This document shows, in pieces, positions 10,096-19,078 of a DNA stretch of 20,000 nt. The notes beneath the pieces are model-generated. The model worked only from the letters and a program-made list of their open reading frames with translations. It searched no databases and was not told the origin of the DNA. Each line of letters begins with the position of its first letter. The first letter of the stretch is position 1. Made by a program: the position numbers and the translations under genes. The DNA is from Chiloscyllium plagiosum (lineage: Eukaryota), in the NCBI RefSeq assembly GCF_004010195.1, contig NC_057749.1:21024567-21044566 (forward strand), in the 5' to 3' direction.

Positions 10096-10777
10096 GAAAT
10101 TTCAAGAGACCTTAGGAATGTGCAACAAATGCTGGGCTTGTCAGCAATGCTGACATCTCATGGGAGAAGGAAGACTGTAGGAATGAACTACATTCAACCC
10201 ACAGGGTTAAATCCTGTTCATTTTGGTTCAATATCCTCAATGTCAGTCTCATTAATTACACTTAGTCAATCTCTCTGGCACTGATAATTATCTATTCCAA
10301 GTGTGGGGTATTTAATTATGGGTGAAGATTTTTTTTCCCTTTCTCTCTCACTTTCTGTACACGATTTGGCATTGAATCTAACTACTCTATAATATACATT
10401 CCCTTCTCAGTCTGTTTATTTCACAGTGTTTCAGATGGATTAAGGACTCAGTCCGGTCCTGAATTTGCAGTTTCCTTCCCTGCGTCCTGGTTGGCTCCGG
10501 CCAGGAACATGCCAAGCAAAACTTTAAAATATAAACAACATGTTTCGAGGATGAGTTTCATTGAGAGCAGATGTCATTATATCCTCTGGCACTGCGGATT
10601 ATAGCCCTTTGGTTCTTGGTAAATCTCTGAGGCCCTGATCAATTCAAACTTTGAGGATGTTTCTCTTTGTTGTTTCTTTCCAGGCATTCGTGTATCTATT
10701 TACATCTCCTGAGTTTGGCTATTTCCCGGTTTCTATCTGTAAACCATGAGTGAAAGAGGGTCTGTATCATTTGTATA

Positions 10778-11470
10778 AGAGAGTCATACAGCATGGGGGC
10801 ACGGTGGTTCAGTGGTTAGCACTGCTGCCTCACAGCACCAGAGACCTGGGTTCGATCCCAGCCTCGGGCGACTGTCTGTGTGGGGTTTGTACATTCTCCC
10901 CGTGTCTGTGTGGGTTTCCTCCGGGTGCTCCAGTTTCCTCCCACAGTCCAAAGATGTGCAGGCCAGGTGAACTGGCCTTGCTAAATTGCCAACAGTGTCA
11001 GGTACATTAGTCAGGGGTAAATGTAGGGAAATGGGGCTGGGTGGGTTACTCTTTGAAGGGTTGGTGCGGACTTGTTGGGCCGAAGGGCCAGTTTCCATAC
11101 TGTAGGGAATCTAACCTAAGCACGGAAACAGACCCTTTGGTCCAACCGGTCCATACCGGCCATAATTCCAAACTAAACTAGTCCCACCTGCCTGCTCCTG
11201 GCCTATGTCCCTCCAAACCTTTCCTATTCAAGTACTTACCCAAATGTCTTTTAAATTTTGTAAATGTACCCATATCCACCACTTCCTCTGGAAGCTCATT
11301 CCACACATCTCTGTTAAAAAATTACCCATGTCTTTTTAAAACTTTCTCCTTTCACCTTAAAATTATGCCCCCTAAGGTTGAAATCCCCCACCCTAGGGAA
11401 AAGACACCTGCCATTCACTTTATCTGAACCCCTCATGATTTTACAAACCTCTGTAAGGTCACCCGATAAG
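10778..11470 (-). mobile_element. CR1-clade LINE 3' end, split by a HE1 SINE
   Basis: agagtcatacagca | cggaaacagaccctttggtccaacc tail; translation GDLTEVCKIMRGSDKVNGRCLFPRVG...RGHNFKVKGE. Confidence 0.88.
10797..11118 (+). mobile_element. HE1-type SINE with a 7-bp TSD
   Basis: A box ggtggttcagtggttagc, B box gggttcgatccc, V-domain, tail; flanked by agcatgg (10790-10796) / agcacgg (11119-11125). Confidence 0.93.
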
Positions 11471-11499
11471 ATCCAGTGATTCGTTCCAGCTCTCCACTG

Positions 11500-11855
11500 G
11501 CGTTTCCATTTCTTTGGCACTTTCCATGATGCCAGGATTTCCCAAAGGGTTTTATATTCAAAAGCATACAGCCTGGAATGCAGGTACAATTTGCAATGTA
11601 GGAAATGTGGCGGCCAATTTGCACACAGCAAGCCCTCTGAAAAGTACTATAACTTTTATAAAGGAGATTGACTGAGGGGTAGACATTGGTTAGGAAGCTG
11701 AGACATTCTGTCCTTTGCTCTGATTGGGATCTCCATCCTCTGATTATCTGCTATTTGTGGGAGCTTGCTGTGCGTCGCATGATTACTACTGTACATTATA
11801 ACAATTGGTACTTTACAAAGTTCACTGTAAAGTACTGAGAATGAAAGCTCTTTCC
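11500..11855. mobile_element. Two decayed Deu-domain SINE 3' fragments in opposite orientations (~11500-11700 minus, ~11745-11855 plus)
   Basis: aatgtaggaaatgtggcggccaatttgcacacagcaagc (minus) and tttgtgggagcttgctgtgcg...acattataaca (plus). Confidence 0.55.
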
Positions 11856-12364
11856 TTTCTCTCATTGTACTCACAAGCAAGGGACAAAGATAGTCTCCTG
11901 CCTGTCGGCAAAGATGGTAAATGTCGAAAAGGATGAGTCACACCTACCCTCAGAGACATTCTCCAAAACCTGGGTGACTTTCTCTTTCTTCAGGATATGC
12001 CTTTTAAGGTACTTCATAAAGATTCCTGAGCTGTACTCTCCATCCTGTACCTCATAGGCTTCCGCATCTTCACACCTGTAATTCCAGCACAGATTAAAGA
12101 TATTTTAACTTTCCCATTGCTTCCCACAGCTCCTTGCTGCCAAGTTTTTTTAATCGTTTTCATTTTTGGTCCCCTAACGACCTATCGTCTCCTGATTCGA
12201 CAGCAGCACTGGGCGACAGATTAGCCATTGGCCACGAAAAAGCCACATGCGGCCAATGGTATTTTGGGAATAGGAAATGTAAAATGGCCCAGTCAATGCC
12301 ATTAGTGGACTTGTGACCTCAATCTTCACCGTGAACATTGGTAAAAATCAACCTACACATCGGA

Positions 12365-12920
12365 TTGGGGCAGGAGCAAACCATTCTGAGCCTGCGCTGC
12401 ACTGAATAAGACCAGATTGTAAACTCAATTCTACATTCCCACCCATCTCTGATATCAACAATCTATCCAACTCTGCTTTCAAAACAGTCAAAGGATCGTG
12501 ACTCTAGAATTCACGATCGCAGAGTGCGGTGGATGCCAGATCATTGAGCAAATTTAAGGAGGAGATAGACAGATTTTTATTTAGTTGAAGGGTTCTGGAG
12601 AGCAGGCAGAAAATAGAGTTGAGGCCCAGAAGAAATCATGCAATATCGTAAAGGATACTCTCAAGGGGCTAATTGACCTCCTCCTAACTCTTCAATACTT
12701 ACATTCGCTGCTTCCACTGCCTTTTGAAGAAGTGAGTCCCAAAAGCTAATGACCCTTTTTATGAGAAAGAAATTCTCCGCCCCTTTGTTTTAAATGGGTG
12801 ATTCCTTATTTGAAGCCATTATCAGCAGTTTGAGATTCTCCCATAGCCTGTCAAGACCCCTTAGGATCTTATTGAGTTGAACTTTGCTTTTCTGAACTCC
12901 AGCAGGATGCAAGCCCTAGC
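12365..12920. mobile_element. Old minus-strand CR1 3' end containing a plus-strand CR1 3' fragment (~12497-12700)
   Basis: Plus piece: gcggtggatgccagatcattgagcaaatttaaggaggagatagacagattttt...aggggctaattgacctcctcct. The flanks read as a decayed antisense CR1 tail. Confidence 0.65.
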
Positions 12921-13138
12921 GGAGTGTAAGAGATTTGTTTTTTTTTCGCCAAAGAAAGAGATCACTACTTTCTCAGTCAGTGAACTGTGTTGGATAGAAA
13001 TGTTTTTTTGAGGAAGAGTTGATTCGAAATACTGACTGTGTTTCTCTCCCTTCTCCACTGAAACTGCCAGAGCAGCTGAACATTTCGGATTGTAGACTTT
13101 AAGATGCAGAGTGGAATTAGGCCATTCAGCCCAATGGG

Positions 13139-13231
13139 TTTAGATTAGAGTGGTGCTGGAAAAGCACAGCAGGTCAGGCAGCATCCGAGGAGCAGGAAAA
13201 TTGACATTTCGGGCAAAAGCCCTTCATCGGG
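13139..13231 (-). mobile_element. 93-bp Penelope-like hammerhead unit with a 15-bp TSD
   Basis: TSD ATTCAGCCCAATGGG at 13124-13138 and 13232-13246; minus strand begins C-CCGATGA-A-GGGC(TTTT)GCCC-GAAA-TGTC. Confidence 0.88.
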
Positions 13232-13357
13232 ATTCAGCCCAATGGGGTTACTCCAGTATCCAATGAGATTATGGCTGATCTGAAAATCCTCAACTCCACT
13301 TTCCTGCCTTTTCCCCCATGACCCTTGATTCCCGCACTGATTAAAAAAACTAGCTCA

Positions 13358-13654
13358 GCCCTTCGGCCCAACAAGTCCACACCAACCTTCTGAAGAGCAA
13401 CCCGCCCAGAGCCATTCCCCTACCCTATATTACTCTACATTTACTCCCTAACTAATGCACCTAACCTACACATCCCTGAACACTATGGGCAATTTATCAT
13501 GGCCAATCCACCCTAACCTGCACAGCTTTGGATTGGATTGTGGGAGGAAACCGGAGCACCCAAAAGAAACCCACGCAGACACAGGGGAGAATGTGCAAAC
13601 CCTACACAGACAGTTGCCCGAGGCTGGAATCAAACCTGGGTCCCTGGCACTGTG
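13358..13654 (-). mobile_element. HE1-type SINE truncated at both ends
   Basis: V-domain and B-box region present; the A-box head and the (taatc)n tail are absent. Confidence 0.88.
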
Positions 13655-13950
13655 CCAGGCCCAATTTACTCAATAACCTAATTTCAACAGCCCCCTGCAG
13701 TTACAAATTCCACAGATTCACTCCCCTCTGAGAGAAGAAATTCCTCATCATTGCTATCTAAAATACGTAACCCCTTTCTCTGAGATTGAATCTTCTGGCA
13801 CCTTCTGTCTCCCACGAGGGACAACAACCTTTCCACACCTTCCCTGTTAAGAATCTTGCAAGTCTCAATAAGGGCACCTCAATCTTCTAAACTGCAACAA
13901 ATACTGGCCCAAGCTACTTTAGATTCCTGCAGCTCTCTGCTTTCATTAGG

Positions 13951-14115
13951 ATGATTTGGAGATGCCGGTGTTGGACTGGGGTGTTCAAAGTTAAAAATCA
14001 CACAACACCAGGTTATAGTCCAACAGGTGATCCTGATAAAGGAGCTGCTGCTCCGAAAGCTAGTGCTTCCAATTAAACCTGTTGTATTATAACCTGGTGT
14101 TGTGTGATTTTTAAC
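13951..14115. mobile_element. Fold-back element of a second Penelope-like family, with a hammerhead in the loop and a 9-bp TSD
   Basis: TSD TTCATTAGG at 13942-13950 and 14116-14124; 41-bp arms 13988-14028 / 14077-14117 (2 mismatches); CTGATAA-A-GGAGC(TGCT)GCTCC-GAAA-GCTA at 14033-14062. Confidence 0.8.
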
Positions 14116-14349
14116 TTCATTAGGGTGGTGTAGGATATCTGTGATGCAAACATAGGAGTAGTGAAGCGTATTTATCCATATCGTGTCAGGGTGCACAAGG
14201 AGTTTCGTGGTTAGAGGGGTGTCACCGAAGCCATATTCACGGTTGATTAGCAATTTCTACCGGACGGCATTACTGCCTGGTAGGAGCACCCTGAGCTCTG
14301 CCGTCTTGTCGGAGATGTGGCTCGACGGCCGCGTCCATGCCTTGCAGAC

Positions 14350-14615
14350 ACAATCTTGTGGGTTAAGCCCCACCCAAGAGGCTGGAGCAGTCTGTTGGCT
14401 AATGCACCGGGTCAGAGCTGCATGTGTTGGAGGTGCTGTCTTTTGAAGCTGCATTAAACTAAAGCCTATTCTTGCTCTCTCAAGGGAATAGCAGAGACCC
14501 CCAGGGCACTGACTAATATTCCTCACTCAACTAATATTACCAAAGAAATGTTTCCAGTGTGTGTGTGTGTGAAATCAACTGCCATGTTTCCTTCATTCCA
14601 ACAGTATCTCAAAAC
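14350..14615 (+). mobile_element. Decayed Deu-domain SINE
   Basis: ttgtgggttaagccccac (B-box-like), gctgcatgtgttggaggtgctgtctttt...ttaaac (Deu core), ctgccatgtttccttcattccaacagt. Confidence 0.55.
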
Positions 14616-14617
14616 TG

Positions 14618-14835
14618 CTACAGTGCAAAGGAAGGCCATTTGGCCCATTGTGCCAGCAATGGATCTATCCCCTCCTGCCTTTTCCCATATCCCTGCACAC
14701 CATTTCTATCCAATTAACCATCCAGTGCCCTCTTGAATGCCTCAGTCAAATTTTCCTCAATCACATTTCCAGGGAGTACATTCCATACCCTTTCTATTCG
14801 CTGAGGAAAATTGATTTTGCTCACATCACTTTTGC
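14618..14835 (-). mobile_element. CR1-clade LINE 3' end
   Basis: Translation NFPQRIERVWNVLPGNVIE...AFKRALD; tail ctacagtgcaaaggaaggccatttggccca. Confidence 0.8.
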
Positions 14836-14935
14836 TGCAGAGGAGCACTCTACAGCTATAAGGGCTGAGAGACACAAGTTTCCATTTCCTTTTCACAGTT
14901 TAAAGTGAGATGTCTAGACTGGCAGTTACAAGACA

Positions 14936-15430
14936 GTTTCTCTGGTCGTGTCTGTGAGGTTTCCTCCAGGTGCTCTGGAATCCTCCCACAGTCCAAAGAT
15001 GTGCAGCTTAGGTGGATTGACTATGGGAAATGCGAGGTCACAGGGATAGGCTAGAGAGCGGGGAGTGGGCAGGATTGGTGGGGTGCTCTTCAGAGGGATA
15101 GTATGAACTTCATGAGGTGAATGGCCAGCTTTGAGAAAGCGAGGACTGCAGCTGCTGGAGATCAGAGTCGAAGAGTGTGGTGCTGGGCAGTGGGGTTTTT
15201 GGTGCAAGTCCCAGAAACATTCCCTGAGGACCGGGACAGGGGGGAGAGGTTTCTATCCTTGTTGCGGTTGGGGGCATGTGGGAGATGTGTGGGAAGTGAT
15301 GGAAATGTCACGTGGGAGGGAAAATTGCGGTCCTTTGAAATAGGAGCCCATGTGGGATATCCTGGAGTGGAATTGCTCCTCCTTGGAGCAGATACAGCCA
15401 GCTTCCACACTGAAGGGATTCTATGATTCC
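14936..15430 (+). mobile_element. Old HE1-type SINE 3' part, split by a PLE insertion
   Basis: ggtttcctccaggtgctctgg...cctcccacagtccaaagatgtgcag; the tail gaatggccagctt | ccacactgaagggattctatgattc rejoins across the insert. Confidence 0.8.
15132..15396 (-). mobile_element. Internally deleted Penelope-like element with an ORF remnant and an 8-bp TSD
   Basis: TSD GCCAGCTT at 15124-15131 and 15397-15404. Minus-strand translation CICSKEEQFHSRISHMGSYFK / DRNFPSHV...PNRNKDR resembles the PLE post-RT 'LRxRRICS...F..R.YP' region. It is joined to the terminal block ccagcaccacact...ctccagcagctgcagtcctc. Confidence 0.75.
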
Positions 15431-15484
15431 ACTGCATGTCCCAGTTAATAAGGTCTAGGGCACTGTAAGCTTTATCAACTACTC

Positions 15485-15547
15485 CCTGGTGTTGTGTGAT
15501 TTTTAACATTGTCCACCCCAGTCCAACACCAGCACCTCCACATCATG
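15485..15547 (+). mobile_element. Terminal fragment of the second PLE-like family
   Basis: cctggtgttgtgtgatttttaacattgtccaccccagtccaacaccagcacctccacatcatg is the reverse complement of ~13951-14012. Confidence 0.8.
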
Positions 15548-15886
15548 GCTTTTAAAGGATGACACTTGCAAGTTTTATATTATCCACAAATGTTAAAATG
15601 GCAGCGGTTTTACAGAATGTGGTGTCAAACTAAGTCAACAGAATTAAGGATACAGGTCAGACATGACCGAAGTGAATAAAGGCCAGGCTTGAGGGGCTGA
15701 ATGGCTTTGCCCAGGCCACAGTGTCTCCGAGGTAGAGATAGATCTTCTGAGGTTGTGGAGACAATGATTGGGATCCAGGAAGGAAGGGTTCAGTCCTTTG
15801 CCTGACCTAGAAGGGCTGGCACCAAACACAGGAAAGGCACATCACTACCATTCACTCCCAGACTGGAATAGCAGAGGAATACTCAC

Positions 15887-15961
15887 GTCGCGTATCCATA
15901 GACGATGTTCCCAGTGGGAGCAAGCGGCTGTAGGTCTGAGGGCAAGTATTCCTGATTATAC
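15887..15961 (-). CDS. Candidate 75-nt internal exon of an unidentified gene (phase-2 reading YNQEYLPSDLQPLAPTGNIVYGYAT)
   Basis: Acceptor cactaaaaccttctgcatttgttttgcag|G and donor AC|gtgagt; length divisible by 3; non-repeat, CpG-retaining sequence; open in two frames. Confidence 0.6.
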
Positions 15962-16454
15962 CTGCAAAACAAATGCAGAAGGTTTTAGTGACATGACTCA
16001 AGCCTCTCAAAAGCAGACAGATGTGTTAGACAAAGAATGGATTTGAAGCTGCGATGTGGGTATTGCAAAGACTGGGGTGGGATGCAGGCGTACCTGTCCC
16101 GAGGCATTCTGGGGGAGGGTCTGCAATCATGTGACTCAAGGGAATCAGTGTGGCACCACCTGACTGGTTTTAGTCCTTAGCTCAGTTTAGCAGGTGGTCA
16201 GTGAAACGCCAACACAAAAATCCTAGCCCTCAGTTCACAGTTTGGTCATCTGGAGGTAGAACGTGGACAAGGTGCTTTCAGACAATAGTTTTAATCAAAT
16301 AGTTTGGATATATTATGACATACCCCATAGCCACTGGAATTTGAAACTGGATGTTCTGAGCCAGAGGTAGGGACACTACCCCGTGACTCAAAAGCTCTTG
16401 GTGTTGTCCTATATATTAGCTGCTAATTGAGAATCCATGGGGCAGCTAGTTAAA

Positions 16455-18050
16455 AGTCATACAACATGGAAACGACCCTTCGGCCCAACCCGTCCATGCC
16501 AATCAGACATCCTAAACTGATCTAGTCTCATTTGCCAGCACTTGGCCCATATCCCTCTAAACCCTTCCTATTCATGTACCCATCCAGACGCCTGCACTTG
16601 TACCAGCCTCCACCACTTCCTCTGGCACCTCTTCTGTAATATGAACTCTTTTCAAGACATCACTATTTATATCCCCAAGTTCTCTCACTTCCACATTCTT
16701 CTCTACAGCAAATATTGACATGAAATATTCAATTAGCATCTCATCCATCTTCTGTGGTTCCATACATAGATGGCTTTGCTGCTCTTTAAAGGGTTCTATT
16801 TTCTCCCTGGTTACTCTTTTGCCCTTAATGCACTTTGGATTTGCCTTAACTCTAATTTGCCAAAACTATCTCCTGTCCCTTTTTTGCCCTCCTGATTACC
16901 CTCTTAAGTACTGTCCTTACAGTCCTCTTAGGATTCCCTCAGTCCCAGCTGTCTGTACCTGATATTGGCTTCCTTGTCTTAACCAGAATCTCAGTTTCTC
17001 TAGTCATCCAATATTCCCTACACTACTGACCGTCCCCTTCACACTAACATCTCTGGACTCTCGTTATCTCATTTTTAAAGGCCTCCGACTTCCAATCACC
17101 CCTTCACCTGTACCCAGCCTCCTCAAACCTACTTTCGAAAGTTTTGACAAAGGGTAGGTTAGACGCGAAATGTCAGCTCTTTTCTCTCCTTACAGATGCT
17201 GCCAGACCTGCTGAGATTTTCCAGCATTTTCTCTTTTGGTTTCTTTTATTTCGAAAGTTCCTGTCTAATACCGGCAAAATTGGCCTTACTCCAATTTAGT
17301 TTTGATCAGTTCTATCTTTTTCCATAACTATTTTAAAACTAATAGAGTTATCTCAAAGTGTTCCCCACTGAAACCTCAGTTACTTGCCCTGTCTTATTAC
17401 CCAAGAGAAGGCCAGGTATTGCTCCTTCTCCAGTCGGTATAGCCACATCTTGACTGAGGAAATTATCTTGCACATGCTTAACAAATTCCTCCACATCCAA
17501 ACTAAGACTGTCCTGTCCTAGTCTATGCTTGGAAAGTTAAAATTCCCAACCATTATAACCCTTACAGATATCAGAGCTCCTCTTACATATTTGCTTTGTA
17601 ATTTCCCACTGACTACTGGGGGCCTGGAATACAATCTCAACGAGGTGATCACCCCTTTCTTAGTTCCACCCATATAACTTCACTGGACGATCTCCCAGGA
17701 ATATCCTCCCTAAGCGCAGCCGTAATGTTATCTCTAATCAAAAATTCCACTCCCTCTCCTTTCTGGTCTCCCTTTGGCATCCATAACCCCAGAACATTAA
17801 GCTGACAGCCCAGTCTAACACTCAGCCACCTTTCTTATAAAAACTGTGATATCCCAGACCCATATTCCCAACCATGCTCTAGGTTCATCTGCCTGACTTT
17901 TCAGGCCTCTTGCAACGAAGTAAATGCAATTCATCATTCTTACCTCATTCTCTGCCAAGCTCTTGTCTGCCTTGTCCAATAGGCTTACTCCCCTTGTCTG
18001 TCATACCAGCCTCACTCTCTTCTCACTATCAGTTTGGTTCTCAAACCCCC
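16455..18050 (-). mobile_element. CR1-clade LINE with a large internal deletion (endonuclease/linker region joined to the 3' end)
   Basis: Translation EPQKMDEMLIEYFMSIFAVEK...VHITEE runs directly into VPEEVVEAGT at ~16625; tail gtcatacaacatggaaacgacccttcggcccaac; decayed endonuclease sequence extends to ~17940. Confidence 0.85.
17144..17248 (+). mobile_element. 105-bp Penelope-like unit with a decayed hammerhead and an 11-bp TSD, nested in CR1
   Basis: TSD TTTCGAAAGTT at 17133-17143 and 17249-17259; TTGACAA-agggtaggttagacgc-GAAA-TGTC...gatgctgccagacctgctgagattttccagc. Confidence 0.8.
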
Positions 18051-18332
18051 AGGTAGGAAATTAAAAACCAGGAAAAGACATAGCCATTGGGTGTGTGATC
18101 TCAGTACCTGCACTCACATGGTAAACGCATGAGAACTTTAATCATTTTATGAACATATAAATTGCATTTGGTTTTACGTCTCACAACTTTACCAACAAAG
18201 TGTGTTTTTAACTCTAGTTCTAGACAGTTCTATTCACCCATGCATCAATTAAACATCTCTCTCCTGCCTTTAAGAGATTCCTTAACTTTTCATTCAAGTT
18301 ACCTCACATGCCTATAAGTGAAACCTTATCGA

Positions 18333-18432
18333 GTCACTCCGAGCCCACACCAATGGTGGTTGACTCTCTGAAGTGAGGTAAAAACAATGACTGCAGATGC
18401 TGGAAACCAGATTCTGGATTAGTGGTGCTGGA
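18333..18432 (-). repeat. 100-bp inverted copy of 19308-19407
   Basis: 96/100 identical to the reverse complement; comprises the PLE end plus 43 bp of its host flank. Confidence 0.97.
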
Positions 18433-18635
18433 CCTGTCACGTGGTCAGCGTGCTACACAAGTGCACAATTTTGCTGAATCCCTGAAGAAAACATAACAAC
18501 ACAAGGTTCTTCCATCGCTCAAGAGTTTCGAGAAACTCTGTGCTGCTCAATTTCCTGGAACTGCAGCCGTTCAATAGAACATTGATAACATACTGGGGGA
18601 CTACAAAGGTCACTGTATAGGCCAATGCTGCTTAT

Positions 18636-18868
18636 TCAAGAGGCTTGAACACACGCAACAACAAGAACAGCCTCTTCCCGGCCGTTATTAGACTGCTGGG
18701 TGGACCTCTCCAACTTCAAACAATGTTGATCTTGCTTCATGCACCCCCTGTGCAGAGAAACATTATATGCCTCACTCTGTCCAAATTGCCTAAGATCTGG
18801 ATGCCCCTGATCTGCCTGCATTGCCTTGCAAACAGTACTTAGGTACATGTGACTGCAATAAATAAAAT
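18636..18868 (+). mobile_element. Rex1/Babar-like LINE 3' end
   Basis: Translation LNTRNNKNSLFPAVIRLL resembles the RTxRxKNSFFPxAIRLLN C-terminus; ends ggtacatgtgactgcaataaataaaa. Confidence 0.6.
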
Positions 18869-18926
18869 GACAATTTTCAGCTAAATATCCATTTAATAAG
18901 GTTGAGGGGTTTGGAAAAAAACTAAA

Positions 18927-19078
18927 CTCGCATCTATATAGCACTTTGCATGACGAGTGGACACCTCAAAGCTCTTTGCAGGCAATAAACTACTTTTTGA
19001 AGTGTTGTCAGGTAGGAAATGCTGTAGCCAACATGTGCATAGCATATCAGCAATGTGATGACGACAGAATCTGTTTTT
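18927..19078 (-). mobile_element. Decayed Deu-domain SINE 3' end
   Basis: gcatctatatagcactttgcatgac...tactttttgaagtg...gtaggaaatgctgtagccaa...cagcaatgtgatgac...aatctgttttt. Confidence 0.6.

Larger units (their letters stand above)
9110..10165 (+). mobile_element. tRNA-derived SINE (second family) interrupted by a minisatellite, a ~165-bp insert and a CR1
   Basis: A box aggcatagtgg (~9112), B box gttcaaatcc (9356-9365), body tctggcctacatgtgactcc...ctcttaactgc...aaatggcccagcaagctactcagtt; the tail ttaggaatgtgcaacaaatgctgg...acatctcatg resumes after 10100. Confidence 0.8.
13100..13935 (-). mobile_element. CR1-clade LINE 3' end hosting a PLE piece and a HE1 fragment
   Basis: taggccattcagccca...atggctgatctg...ctcaactccactttcctgcc; resumes after 13655 with aattccacagattcactcccctctgagagaagaaattcctc. 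Confidence 0.8.

Noticed and set aside
12224..12260. Inverted ccattggcc / ggccaatgg pair with CCAAT boxes
   Set aside because: Only 9 bp, the spacing does not fit ERSE motifs, and there is no other promoter evidence.
13009..13087. Very old PLE/hammerhead copy (tgaggaagagttgattcgaaat...ctgccagagcagctga)
   Set aside because: Too degenerate to support as a feature.
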